From Zygnema circumcarinatum SAG 698-1b (Eukaryota > Plantae > Zygnematophyceae): DNA of 64,000 nt. The position numbers and the translations under genes were made by a program. The DNA is taken from assembly GCA_037447605.1 (NCBI GenBank), contig CM074810.1:2762880-2826879 (forward strand), written 5' to 3'. Positions 12,541-28,786 of this stretch are shown here, piece by piece; position 1 is the stretch's first letter; the number at the start of each line of letters is the position of its first letter. Below the pieces are notes generated by a model, which was given only the letters and a program-made list of their open reading frames with translations, did not search any database and was not told where the DNA came from.

Positions 12541-12582
12541 TCCAATGTCCAATGTCCAATGTCCAATGTCCAATGTTCAATG
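12541..12582 (+). repeat. (TCCAATG)n heptamer tandem, ~6 units, upstream of paralogue 1
   Basis: tccaatgtccaatgtccaatgtccaatgtccaatgttcaatg. Confidence 0.85.
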
Positions 12583-14073
12583 CTCATAGCCACGTGCTTG
12601 CAGACATGGTCGGTTCCTATCATTCGATGTCAGTAAACAAAGCCATAAGCAGAACCCCTCATTCTCAGAGGGAGCTGAACCCTAAACCTTCGTTTCGGCC
12701 ATACCTGAAACGCAAGCCGACAACTCTGCATTCGTTCCGAAGGAGTCGACCTCTGTATTGACCTTCGGCGCGTAACCCGCATTCCAGGGACTCTGAAATC
12801 CGCCCCGTAACCCTGAACCCTAAATATCAAGGGCTGAAGAACCACTTCCGTTGTGCTCCATGCTTCCTCATCTCCCTCTCTCCCTCTCTCCCCCTCTCTC
12901 TCCCTCTATGTCTCGTCTCTCTCTCCCTTCCCCCCTCTCCTGTCTCCGTCTCTCACCCTCTCTCTCCCTCTCCGCCCTCTCCCTCTCTCCCTCTCTCCCC
13001 CTCTCACTCTCCCTCTCCCCCCTCTCCCTCTCTCCCTCTCTCCCCTCTGTCCCTCTCTCCCTCTCCCCCTTTCTCTCCCTCCGTCCCACACTCGCTCCCT
13101 CTTCCCCCTCTCCCTCTCCCAGGACCCCTCCCACTCTCTCCCTCCGGAAAAGCCACGGGCACACAGTACTGCAAACAGTACTGCAGTTAGTACTGTAGTA
13201 CTGTAAAGTTATAGTACCGATTTCGGGCAGACTGAATTTCAGCAAACCGCATTTTTACGGTCCCATTTTTCCTTTTTCCGATTGTTACTTCCTACATCCT
13301 AACGGTTCACATTCGCAGCAATCAATAATCAGAATCAGTAAGTTGTACCTCGAACTATTGTCCTTAACAGTACATGTTTCGAATACATTCTCTCTTCTTC
13401 GTTACTTTTAGGGTGCACCCCATTTTCAGAAAACGGAGTGTGTGACCGCAAAACGCGGGCAGTAGAAAATTTAGCGTCACGCTTGGTCACGCAGGGTCTC
13501 TGGAGGTCAACGGGTGCCGTACGGCGGTTTGGCGTGTTCAACACGTTTCACGTCCTCCGTGGCGCCATTTGCATACGTGACACCAACGTGGCGTGACGTG
13601 ACCTGACGTGGTGGGCCATGCTGGACTTGTCTTACGTGGCGAGCATTGATTGGCTTAGACTGGGCCATGTCATTTTCATGACACCTGTCATCCGACGTGT
13701 GCAGTTTACGACCGCTCGATGGACCGCAGCCCATTCGATCGAACGTTTCGTTTGCCGCGACCGCTAGGCACCGTATACGACAAACGAATGCACGAAAAAA
13801 TGGATGGTACGGTCGGCGGATGCGGCTTGCCACAGCCATTTCAAATACAAAGTGCATTGAACTCACGATGTCGAGGCCATCAACATGGACAAAAGCAACA
13901 GGTGGAACCACGAAAAACTGGCCGCAAAGGACCTAAGCACAATACAAAGAAGCTAAGAGAGGAAAATTACGACTAGACGCACAACGCAGCCCCTCGAAGC
14001 AGCCGCGAAGGTCACCGATGTGCGGCACTTCGCGAGGAGGGAGCGGCGGAAGGCCACCGACACGGTCGCTAAC

Positions 14074-14121
14074 AACCGCAACCGCAACCGCAACCGCAAC
14101 CGCAACCGCAACCGCAACCGC
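14074..14121 (+). repeat. (AACCGC)8 microsatellite
   Basis: Eight direct hexamer copies. Confidence 0.9.
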
Positions 14122-15228
14122 TTTTATACGCTGCCGACAAAAGGTAACCAGGATCTCCTCCGGCCGTCAAATTATCAAGTTGAACTCAACGTGATGTGAC
14201 GTGACGTGACGTGACGTGGCGTGACTTGGCGTGATGTTGCGTGACGTGGCGTGGCATTGATGTAACGTCACGATCCCGTCAACTGTGAGAAATGGACAAA
14301 ACCATGACCGTGGCGAACCACGAGGAGCCGGTCACAAATAGGGAGGACTCGCCATCTGTACAAGGCTATTTTCGAACGAATTTTTATAACGTTCAAATAT
14401 TGAATTCAAAGTTTCAATAGAGTTTTAGAACACTTTTGGAACGACCGTACGAGCGTAAGTCTGTACGGTAGAATCCATTCCAAGTCATGACGTGACGTGG
14501 TGTGACGTCAGGGAAAGTGAATTCAAAAACGGCCTATATTATATAATAAATCATTATAAACTTTATGAATTTAATTTAAAAAAAAAAGATTGAAATCCAT
14601 CCCTGGATGAAGCTTTGACGCTGCCGCAAACCGCAAACTGAAATTCCAAGGGTGGTACTCAGCTTCGCGGAGTTGGGTTTTGTATAGGCTGGATCAAGCT
14701 CACTCCCTTTCCCCTCTCCCGCTCTCTCCCTCACTCTCCTCACTCCTCTCCCACTCTCTCCCCTCTCCTCTCCCTCTCTCTCCCCTCTCTTCTCCTCTCT
14801 CTCCCCCCCTCCCGCGCCTGCAAGTCCGCTTTGCCATGCAGGAGCAAATCTCCCTCCCCTTCATCATCACTGCTTTCAGATGACAGCTGAGGTTAAGCGT
14901 GAATGCCGAAAAAAAGCACCACTTCCTCTGTACTATTCCCTCTCTCCCTGCCCTCTCCCTCTCTCTCTCTCTCCCTCCCTCTCTCCCACTCCCTCTCCTC
15001 CCTTCTCCGTCTCCTCTCCTCGATTGCACCAGCCTCCAGCGTGCCCCGCATTCCCCTCCCCCTCGCTTCCCTTACCTCGTTCGCCGCCATCTCCAAAAAT
15101 CTGTAGTTGGTCTCCTTCTTCTCTATCTGCCACGTCAGCAAGGTCATTTGAACTACTGAAGATGTGTTCGAGATCGGCAATCGTTGCTGTGACACGTGGC
15201 GCGTTCCATGCACACAGTTTGGACCGCT

Positions 15229-17858
<2,630 letters not shown>

Positions 17859-20060
17859 GCGGCCCCACGCCCCTGAAAGAGAGAGAGAGAGAGTTGGAGA
17901 GAGCGAGAGAGAGAGAGAAAGAGAGAGAGGGAGAATGAGAGAGAGAGAGAGAAGAAGAGAGATTGTTTGTGTGAATAAGGCGCTGTCTACCTGCGCCTCT
18001 AAACTCTCCCTCTGCAAAATTTCTGAGCTCCGCCTGCCGCCGGGCCCCGCGAGTCGCACCCGTCCGCTTCCGCGCCCCTTCGCGGTCGGTCGCCGCCACA
18101 AAAAGTGCGGACTTTGGCGGCGACGTCCGAAATTTGGACCGCGAAAATGCGGACTTCCGCGGCCGTTCCGAAATCAGTCCGGATTTATTCGCCGTGATGT
18201 ACGGACCGTACAGGGAGCCATTCTGTACAGTACAGTGTGGCCATCTTCCTGTTTTGGACGGTTGTGGTCGTACGTTTAACGTTTTTCGTTGACCGGACTT
18301 TCTCGACCAAGGTTTGGTCGGTGGGCAGTGCCACGTCAGCACCAGCTCACGCGACCGCCGTTCCATACATCTGCCGCGCAATTGACGGCCGTCAATCGCG
18401 TCGGCCTTCGCCGGCACGTTGTATCGATCACCTCCAATACGCCGGCGATATGGCGTTATATTTAGTCTTGGAAAAAACGACAAACTGGCTGCTTGTGGCA
18501 AAGCGTACGGACATGCCGAGTCAACGCACGAAATTTTTGTTTTGCACGGAGAAAGTCGGTGGCTCCTGATTGGCTGCAGAATCGGCGCTGGCGCACAGCC
18601 GTGTGCAATTAGGGACCTTTGTGGTGTGCTCCTTACAGACCCTGGAAAGTGACTAGACTGACTGACTAGGTAGAGACAAGCGCGAGGCGGTTGGTTGGTT
18701 AACCACGGCGCCAAGTGCACCAAGGCGAGCTCTTGCGAGAACGCGAAGGCAGAACGAGCGACTCGGCACGAGGGGAACGCGGCGAGATCGAGCAACCACC
18801 AGGTCAGGGGGAGAGTGTGGAGAGGGAGAGAGGGGAGAGGGGTGAGAGGGGAGAGGGGGAGAGGGGGAGAGGGGGAGAGGGGAGAGGGGAGAGGGGGAGG
18901 GGGAGAGGGGAGAGGGGGAGAGGGGAGAGGGGGGAGGGGAAGAGGGGAAGAGGGGGAGAGGGGGAGAAGGGGAGAGGCGGAGAGGGGGAGAGGGCGAGCG
19001 GGCGAGAGGGTGAGACGGGGAGAAGGGAAGAAAGGGAGAGGGGGAGAGGGGGAGAGGGGGAGAGGGGAATTGGGGGAGAAGAGGAAGGGGAGAGGGGGAG
19101 AGGGGGAGAAGGGAAGAAGGGAGAGGGGGAGAGGGGGGAGAGGGAGAGGGGGAGGAGGGTAGGGGGGGGATGGGGAGGGGAGGGGAGGAGAGGAGAGGCA
19201 AGAAGAGGGTAGGTCACTTCAATATCATGACAGAAAGATAAGCATAACATGGTAAGGAGTTACAATAGGAAGGGGCATATGATGGCAGCAACAGGCCTTA
19301 TTGTGGCGGGTAAGCTTACCTGTACATGACAATCGGAAGAGTTTTCAGAGTTCATTCATTTTCTTTTCCACAGTGACACCTTCCCTTCCGCCTCTCCCAC
19401 TCTCCCGTCTTCTCTGTCATTCCCTCTCCTACCGCTATCCCAATATCCCATTTTTTTGTCTTCCTTTTCATCGTTCGTTATTTCTCCCTCTCCACTATAC
19501 AACACTCCTCTCTCTCACCCCTGCATTTCTCTCGTGTTTCTGGAATTGGCAGTCATGGTTTGTAGACCCTAAGGAGTCAGGCTAATCCACTTCCCTATAT
19601 ACATCAATAGCTCCACCATAGTTCACTCTGAGATCCTAGGCTTGAAAAGTCCTAGACCTATTATTCAAAACCCTAATGCTGACCCAATGGTAATTAAAAT
19701 TTCAGGTCGAAACTGAACCTATAAGTATTAGCAAGAAGCCGAAAGATAAAAGGCAATGAAAACTAATGATCACAGGCTACTCTGTTACAGTTTCGGGCTA
19801 AAAATCCTGATAGCCTAATACTCACCGCAAGGAACAATTTATTTTCCTAAATACAGTGTTCCTAGGATCCTTCGGGTCTTTGGCGTTTTAAGGGTCCTAT
19901 TCTTGCTATCTGTACAATGTATAAAATGGCCAGTGAGAGAGCGGACTGCTCCTACTAGTCACATCCACTGGAGGTCTGACTATTCTCTACTTTGCATACG
20001 TGCAGTATTTGTACACATAAAAGTAACAAGATAAACATTAATGAGGCCCTCAAACATACG

Positions 20061-23000
20061 TCATGGCCAACTGAGCATTCTTCTTCCCGGCGTTCTTCGT
20101 ACCGCATAGTCTTTGATCAACGCCAAAGTGGACTCCGCATCCAAGTGTCCTTGATCCGCCGCATTCTCCAAAAGAACTTGCGCCATTTCCATGTCTTTCG
20201 TTACGCCTCGTCCGTTCAAATAGCACGCTCCCATGTTAAACTGAGCGTCCTTGAACCCCTGCTCCGCCGCCTTCTTGTACAATTCAACAGCCCTCTTCTC
20301 ATCCTTAGGAACCCCCTTTCCAGAGTAGTAACACATTCCCAACCTGTTTTCAGCCTTAGCATAGCCTTGCTCTGCCGCTTTTGTGAGCATTCTCACTGCC
20401 TGTGCTAAGTCCTTCTTAATGAAACCGTCACCGCTTGCAAATATCACGCCCAACTGATACTGGGCTTCTGCATGTCCTTGATTTGCCGCTTTCTGTAGCA
20501 GCTCTACGGCGCGTTTCATATCTCTTGCTACACCACACCCGATCATGTAAAGCAGCCCCAAATTCAAAAGAGCACCTGCATGCCCGAAATCTGCCGCCTT
20601 TTTATACATGAAATGGGCTCGTTTCATGTCGCGGTAGACGCCGGTTCCATGTTGATAGCAGCATCCTAACTCGAAGAGGGCATCCACGTGTTCCTTGTCA
20701 GCTGCTTTCTTGTACAGTTCCACCGCCCGTGAAATGTCTCGACGGACTCCCAAGCCCTGCATGTAACACGATGCCAACTCAGCTTGAGCGTCTTCCAAAC
20801 CTTGATCGGCTGCCCACGTCAGCAGCTCCACAGCCTTTTCTAGGTCTATTTGCACCCCATTCCCGGTCTTGAAACACAATCCTAATTTGCACTGTGCCTT
20901 CAAAAAACCCTTCTCTGCAGCACGTGTGTAAAGCTGAACGGCCTGTTCCATGTCCTTGGGAACTCCTCTTCCGTTCTCGTAGCACAGACCTAAACGGAAA
21001 AGTGCGCCCAAATGCCCCTGATCCGCCGCATTCCTGTAAAATATCACCGCCCCCTCTACATCCGGTCCTAACCCATGTATCCCCTCCTCACATTGTACCC
21101 CGGAGTGATAGGCAGAATTCCCCTGATCTCCACTTTCCACCACCATTGAATTCCACTGATCCCCACTTTCCACTACCATAGAATTCGCCTGATCCCAACT
21201 TTCCATTCTGCCAGAGTTCCGTTGATCCCCACGTTCCGTTCTTCCGGAAAACCCACTTTCCATTGTCCGTGAATTCCGTGGATTCCCATTTTCCACTCTC
21301 CCAGAATTCCGTTGACTCTCGTTTTCCATTCTTCGAGAATTCCGTTTCTCCCCACTTCATTCTCTCAGAATTTGCCTGATTCCCACTATCCATTCTCCCT
21401 GAAACCCGATGATCTCCAGTTTCCATTCTCCCAGATAGCCGTTGATCCCCATTTTCCAATCTCCCAGAATCCTTTGAAGATGTGTTTGGTTGAATGGAGC
21501 TGTTACTTGTCAGATAACTGATTTCCGTTGACCAGCTAGAGTTCCGTGCCCGTTCTCCAAGAGTACGGATAAAGATATTGTCACGAAGACGAATTTCTCC
21601 AGTTCTGGGGTCAGTTTCAAGAATTTGTTTGGTCAAGGGGTCTGTTCGGTGCCCTCTCCTAAACCAAACTTGAATGCATTTTCGGTCATACGTATGGCCA
21701 GAATCCAACATGACAGGGTTCTCCATAATGTGGCGGCATATGGGGCAGATGAGATCAGGAGACACGTCATCAGCGACTGCCACTTTGGATTCATTGTCTG
21801 CCATTTTGGAAGCAAGAAGTCCAATAATCGAATGAATGCAATGCTCCCCTTGTGATTGCTTGTCAGATACAGCGCCCTCCACTTCCGCCTTCAACTCCTC
21901 CAAAAAAATTTTGACCTGTGCGACGCCATGCATAAGGGATGAGTTCATATGTGTCGANNNNNNNNNNNNNNNNNNNNNNNNNNNNNNNNNNNNNNNNNNN
22001 NNNNNNNNNNNNNNNNNNNNNNNNNNNNNNNNNNNNNNNNNNNNNNNNNNNNNNNNNTCAAGACTCGGCGAGCCGCCCTGTCCCTCCACGCAGTGCAGCG
22101 CCACGTGGACAACTGCCTCTGTGTGGTCGCGCCCCCACGCCCCTCCCCGCGGGTCCAGCCTCGCCATGAAGACAGCTGTCGCCTTCTCCAACTCGCGCTT
22201 CGGCTGAGCTGGCCCGCAGCCCTCGAGGAGTCCATGGATTTTGTGGATCCTTGGTTCGCCCGTGAGTAGCTGCAATATGGTGAGGCCGAGGGCGTACACG
22301 TCGGCAGTGGATGTGACCAATCCCGTTCGTGCGTACTCCGGGGCCATGTACCTGTGAGGAACCAGCAAAAGGTGACCTTGGGAGATGAGTAGATCCGCCT
22401 TTTATAAAGTTGTGTACTCACTATCAAAGCTCACCTGAACATGAACAAACTCGCGGAGGATGGACGAGCGGGAGAAATTGTCAGCGGAGGATGGCGGGAA
22501 GGAGAACTGCTGAAATGGCAAGAAAGCAGATTGGAATATGACGTACCCGGGAGTGCCTCGGAAATTGCGGGTTTTGACTGTTCCCTCAAACAACCTAGCG
22601 AGCCCCATGTCTGCCAGTTTGGAGGTGAGGTTCCCGCCCAATAGCACATTCTCCGGCTTCATATCGCAATGGAGGAGGTTCTTCTTATGCATGAACAGCA
22701 GAGCGGACGCCATCTCGTAGCATATTCGGATGCGGTCCGCCCAACCAAGGGGGGGATACTTGGCAGCAGGGCCTTTCAGGCGGTCCTGGAGGCTCCCTCC
22801 GCTCATCAGCTCACTCACAACGCAGCGCGCTTCGGGGCTCCATCCCATGAACTGCACAATGTGGGGATGGCGCAGCCGGCTTAAAGCCGCCACCTCCTCC
22901 TCGAACCCCTTCAAGGGGCCGCTCTCATGCAGCCTCTTCACCGCCACAGGGGTGCCGAACAGCAGTCCTCTGTAGACCGATCCAAAGGCTCCTTTTCCGA

Positions 23001-23073
23001 GCAGGTTTGTGTCGGAGAAGCTGTCGGTGATCTCCGCCATAAGGCTTTCCGGGAAGGTATCAGGCATTCCCAT
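20061..23073 (-). pseudogene. Paralogue 2: kinase - [100-N gap] - U-box - long 33-bp minisatellite linker (frameshifted) - 9 Sel1 repeats
   Basis: Kinase exons 23073-22547 and 22350-gap; last exon from 21915 with U-box ICPICRHIMENPVMLDSGHTYDRKC. A 2-nt loss at ~21356 (ATG AA GT GGG where ATG GAA AGT GGG is expected) separates the U-box frame from the intact Sel1 ORF 21329-20061. It may be a functional gene with sequencing errors. Confidence 0.75.
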
Positions 23074-24859
23074 TGTTGTTGTTCGCGTGCCAGAGGAAGG
23101 CAACCCGCTATATCTCTAAACTCAGCACCTGCGCAACACACAATCAGAACACTTGAGTACGAATGCAATGCAGGCCCCGCAATGCACTCTGTTGGAACTT
23201 GAAAATAAGTCAGCTCTGTTATCGCTGTCTCACTTGTCAGTGTTCAATTGTTCAAATAAGTGTCACCTCATGCGCACTCTATCGGCTTGCTGTTATGATT
23301 CCTTTATGATGAGAAGTAGATGGAAGATGCTATGAAATAAAGAATGGTTGAAAAACGTTTGACGGCAATGTGCAGGGCAACTACACGCGCGCCAGAGGAA
23401 AATTTGCAGGTTAAATGTGAGGTTAATGCTTACTGAGGGCACTGCCTATAAACTCGAAACCCTCTCGGCAACTATTCACTTTAGAAAACAATAAGCAGAA
23501 CCCACACTCTCAGAGTGAATTGAAACCTAAACCTCGCTCCGAGGATACTGCCAAGCCCCTACCTGAAAGCCACAGGCCGATAAGCGCACCTCGACTCTAC
23601 ATTCGATCCGGACGTCAAAAGAAGAAAAGCCGACCCTCCATTGCCTATCTCTACCTTTCTCCTGTATAACGGCCTGCCTTTCCACATACTCGAAATCCTC
23701 AGCCCTAGACCCTAAACCATAAAGCTGAAGGGCTGAAACCCACTTCTCTCTCCCCCCCACATTTCCTCCCTCTCCCTCTGTTTGATCTCCCACTCCCTCG
23801 CCCTCTTCCTCTTCCTCTCCCTCTCCCGCTCCCTCTCCCCCTTCCTCCTCTCCACTCCTTGCTCGACCCATTCACGAATCCCCGGAGATTCCCAGATTCC
23901 GAAAAGACAGGGAGACAGGGCCAGTCGAAATTCATCCGATGCGATTTATCCACGTGGCGCGCCACCATTGGTCAATGTTTGGTATGACGTGGCCAATTGT
24001 GCCCACGTGTCCCTACAATTCGCATTTGGACGTTTGCGCAAATCACAGAGCTCGGTGTCGATCGCTCAAATTTCTGTTCGCAGGGTCCAATACCAATGGT
24101 TGAAAGCAATTCAACCATTGCAATCATTCAATCCTATGGTTAGCTGGGTCGCGAATTCAATGATTCGCGACTATTCCAATGGCGGTCCAACCAATGGTCC
24201 GACTTGTCAACGAGGAAGGATGTTCATTGAACTCACGATGCGTCCAATCGTTGCCGACCATTCGAAGGGGAGGGAAAATTTCATTGAACTCGCTATGGCG
24301 AGGCCATCAAATGTACATGGACAAAAGCAAAATGTGGAACCACGAAGGACTGGTCGCAAAGGACCGTTCAATTCATGCTACAGTCAGGGGCCCTCATATT
24401 TTCCACCCTGGTTTTGGCCAATATGAGGCGAAAATATTGATTTTGCATATATAAGGTTCGTGTTACCAATAGACGGGCGGTATTATGTTAGAGTTCATAT
24501 TGGGCCGTACGTATCGTACCGTATCGTACTGTATCGGCTACTACAACTCGTACGGCTAGTACGGATAGTACCGTATCGGGACGTTTCGTATCGTACCATA
24601 TCGTACCGTATCATATCGTATCGTATCGAAGCCAAAGAGAAGGGGAGAAGAGCGAGCGCCTCCTACGGCGGCTCGTCTGGGGAGATTAGGTGAGGTTTGC
24701 GTAAGCCCGTAACGGCTAGTACAGCTAGTACGGCTAGTACGGACAGTACGGACAGTACGGTAACACGAAGTTACCGTACAAAAAGGTGTTTCGGCAAAAT
24801 CGGGGCGAAATTCTTGGGGACGCACTCCTCAGGGCGGTAAATACGAGGGCCCCCGACTG

Positions 24860-24945
24860 TATTGGTTCGTACAGTTTCTTCCAATATTCACCCGATTGGC
24901 TTGTACAGTTTCTTCCAATTCACCCGATTGGTTCGTACAGTTTCT
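24860..24945 (+). repeat. Three tandem ~33-bp copies (gattggttcgtacagtttcttccaat[a]ttcacc)
   Basis: Direct repeats with no unique spacers. Confidence 0.8.
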
Positions 24946-26351
24946 TCGAGTGCGCAGCAAACACCAACAAGGGAGTATTGTCGTTGGCGAAGCATCGCCG
25001 CGAGGGAAAAAACATGGAGAGTTGATAAGGGAGCCAAGGTGCGGCAAGAATAAGATAGAGAGAGGAGAGGGGAGGAAGAAGAGAGAAAGCGAGAGAGGAG
25101 GAGAGAGAGGGAGACACGGGATGCCGTAATTTCAAGTCAATATACAGATAGGGAGAGGGAGAGGGAGGGGGAGGGGGCGAGGGCGAGGGGGAGGAAGAGG
25201 GAGAGGGAGACGGAGAGGGAGAGGGAGGGCGGTAAGGAGGCAAGCCATGCCAGATTTGAGTCGTCAGTTTTTAAGATATCGTCACAGTCGAATGACGCAT
25301 AAGGTAGTACAGAAACAAGAAAAAAAGGGGAAACAGACACTATGGACTTTATGACAGCCTTGTAGAAAGTAAGCCTATCTGCACATGACAAGAAAGTGGT
25401 AGTTTGTTTAGGGTACGGGTACTTCCAAATCTTTCCCTCCGACAATGGCTTGCAGCCTATCCACGTCTTCTCTCCCACTCTATCTCAAGCCGCCTATCTC
25501 TCTCCCGACATCCCACGCATTTCTCTATGTATTCATCTGCCTCGCCTCCCTCTCCCTCCCTTCATTTCTTTCTCTCAACTATACAACACCCTCTTCTCTC
25601 TCAACCCTCCACCTCTCTCCCCTTCTAAATCTCCCTTACTACCCGTCCTTCCAATCTCCTTATTTAAATGACCGACCTTGGTCTGTACTGACCTTGTTAT
25701 CGTTTGAAATTGATAATCATAGTTCGTAGACCATACGCAGTCAGACGGATTCACTTCCAGATGAATTTGATTTTTATTTATCCAACATAGTGGATTCTGA
25801 AATGCTAGACCTGAAACCCTAGACCCTACATTGACCCGAAAGGTTGATCATTTCAGGTGGATTCAAACTTGCCAAACACAGGGAGTACAACCTATGAAAC
25901 TACAGGTCCTTTGACTGCCTAACTTATGAGCACAATGATAAGCGGTAGAAAAGGAATCTGAGTAAGGTAAAAGGTATCTGAGTTGCCAAGGCAACTCAGA
26001 TACTTTCTAGGGTTGTAAATCGTAATATGAAAGATTCACCCACCCATGTCTACTTCTCCTTTCAAGATTCAGATGAAGGTTCCTAAAGTTTTTAGGGTGC
26101 TTAGGGTTCTTAGAGTTTTTAGGAATCTATTCCGCTAAGTGTACAATATATACAAAGGCCAGTTAGAGTGCTTATCCCGTATACTAGTTAGCTTCCCTCA
26201 AGGACTGATTGTTCTCTACTTCTGCATACAAGCAGTATGTGCACGTCTTTAAGAGTGCCATAAAACTGGGCTTTTAAAACGTAAAAACACAGATTGACAG
26301 ATGTTAAAGATAGCGACCCTATGCATACATTATGACCAACTGATGGTCAAC

Positions 26352-28786
26352 TCACTGTCTCCAACTGAACATTTTTGACGGCGTTTTTTTTTTCGCGTAG
26401 TCTTTGATCAACGCCAGAGTGGACTCCGCATCCAAGTGTCCTTGATCCGCCGCCTTTTGCATATAAAATCTCGCCCTTTCCATGTCTTTCGTTACGCCTC
26501 GTCCGTTCAAATAGCACGCTCCCATGTTAAACTGAGCGTCCTTGAACCCCTGCTCCGCCGCCCTCTTGTACAGCTCAAAAGCCCTCTTCTCATCCTTAGG
26601 AACCCCCTTTCCAGAGTAGTAACACATTCCCAACCTGTTTTCAGCCTTAGCATAGCCTTGCTCTGCCGCTTTTGTGAGCATTTCCACTGCCTGTGCCAAG
26701 TCCTTTTTAATAATTCCGTTACCATTCGCAAATATCACGCCCAAATGAAACTGGGCGTCTGCATGTCCTTTATTTTCCGCTTTTTGAAGCAACTCTATGG
26801 CGCGTTTCATGTCTCTCGTCACACCACTTCCGCTCATGTAAAGCAGCCCCAAATTGCAACAAGCACCTGCATGCTCGAAGTCCGCCGCTTTTTTATACAT
26901 GACAAGGGCTTTTTTCATATCGCGGGAAATTCCGGTTCCATGCTGATAGCAGCATCCTAACTCGAAGAGGGCATCCACGTGTTCCTTGTCAGCTGCTTTC
27001 TTGTACAGTTCCACCGCCCGTGAAATGTCTCGACGGACTCCCAAGCCCTGCATGTAACACGATGCCAACTCAACTTGAGCGTCTGCCAAACCTTGACCGG
27101 CTGCCCTCTCCAACAGTTCCACAGCCTTTTCTAGGTCTATTTGCACCCCATTCCCGGTCTTGAAACACAATCCTAACTTGCATTGTGCCTTCAAAACGCC
27201 CTTCGCTGCAGCACGTGTGTAAAGCTGAACGGCCTGTTCCATGTCCTTGAGGACTCCTCTTCCGTTCTCGTAGCACAGACCTAAACGGAACTGAGCGCCC
27301 AAATGCCCCTGATCCGCCGCATTCCTGTAAAAGGTCACCGCCTGCACTACATCCGGCGCTAACCCATCTAACCCCTCCTCACATTGTACCCCCAAGTGGT
27401 AGTACGAAGTGCCCTGATCCCCACTTTCCATTTTCCCAGAATTCCGTTGATCCCCACTTTCACCAACCTTAGAATTCCCCTTATCCCCATCTTTCATACT
27501 CGCAGAAGTCCGTCGATCCCCACTGTCCATTCTCTCAGAACTCCGTGAGTCTCCGCTTTCCGCTACCTTTAAATTCCCCCAATCCCCAGTTTCCATCCTC
27601 CCAGAACTTCGTGGGTCTCCGCTTTCCGCTACCTTCAAATTTCCCTGATCCCCACTTTCCATCCTTCCAGAATTCCGCTGACTCCCACCTTCCTTCCCTA
27701 TTCCCCCTGAATTCCACAGATCCCAATTTCCCAAACTCTCAGAACTCCCTTTACTTGTGTTCAGTTCAAAGGAGTTTTGGGAAACGGAGCTCTCATTTGT
27801 CACGTCGCTAAAGAACCCGTCTTGGTCCCCTAACCGATCTATGAGACTACGTACACAGATATTGTCGACAAGACGAACATTCCCGGTCGTGGGGTCGGTT
27901 TCGAGAATTTCTTTGGTTATGGGGTCATTTCGATTACCTCTTTTCAGCCAAACTTGAATGCATTTTCTGTCATATGTACGGCCGGAATTCACCATGACAG
28001 GGTCCTTCATAGTGCGGCGACATATGGGGCAGATAAGCTCCTCGTCCACTTTTGTCTCTTTGGCAGCAAGAAGTTCAATAATCGTTTGAATGTAGTGCTC
28101 TTCTTGTCGACTTTTCTCGGATATAGCACGTGCCTTCTCCGCCTTCAACTCCTCCATGAACCTTTCGACCTACGCAAGGACAAGCCACGAATAAAAGATC
28201 AATTTATCCTGCTGCCAAGCAGTCATACGGAATTCAAGCCCCAAACGCTGAAAACCAAACCAAGTCAATCTCCTTGAGAAAGAGCGGGTCCCACCTCCTG
28301 CTGCGTGACCTCCCTCTCCTCCAGAAGGCGGCTCACAAGCGCGTCCACCGACTCCGGCTTGTCCACCGCCGCCCCCCCCAACAGCGCCGCATTCTGCGCC
28401 CTCTCCTCCTCCCCCGCCCTCAACACGCGTCCCATCTCCTCCCTACTTAGCTCCCGCGCCAGCAGGAAGTCCTGCTCGCAGTGCGAAATGCAGAAATTGA
28501 TGTCCTTTATGTCCTCAGAGATCTGCTCGTGAAAGAGCAGGCGGTAGAGCACGCTCCGCTTGCAGCGCGCGGCCAGTTCTGTGGCGGAGTGCACGTGCTG
28601 CAGCAGGTCCTGCAGGACCTTCTCTTCCGGTAGGCGGCCCCTCTCCGCCATGCGCCCCTCCAGGAGGGAGGAGAGCCGCTCCACGCGCCCGCAGAGGAGG
28701 GCGCCCATTTGCCCATGTGACGTCACGTTGTCCCACGCACGCCGCAGGGCTCCCACCGCCTGGAAAATTGTAATCGCCGTGTCCAT
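26352..28786 (-). CDS. Paralogue 3: N-terminal four-helix-bundle-like domain - U-box - minisatellite linker - 9 Sel1 repeats; no kinase (exons 28786-28295, 28169-26352; ~769 aa)
   Basis: ATG directly after ccacag; phase-0 intron GAG|gtggga...cgtag|GTC; U-box [40 protein letters not shown]; uninterrupted Sel1 array homologous to paralogues 1 and 2. Confidence 0.87.

Noticed and set aside
18650-18805. Possible + strand exon ending CAG|gtcagg before a GA-rich tract
   Set aside because: No start context, downstream exon or homology could be identified; it could be a non-coding divergent transcript but cannot be supported.
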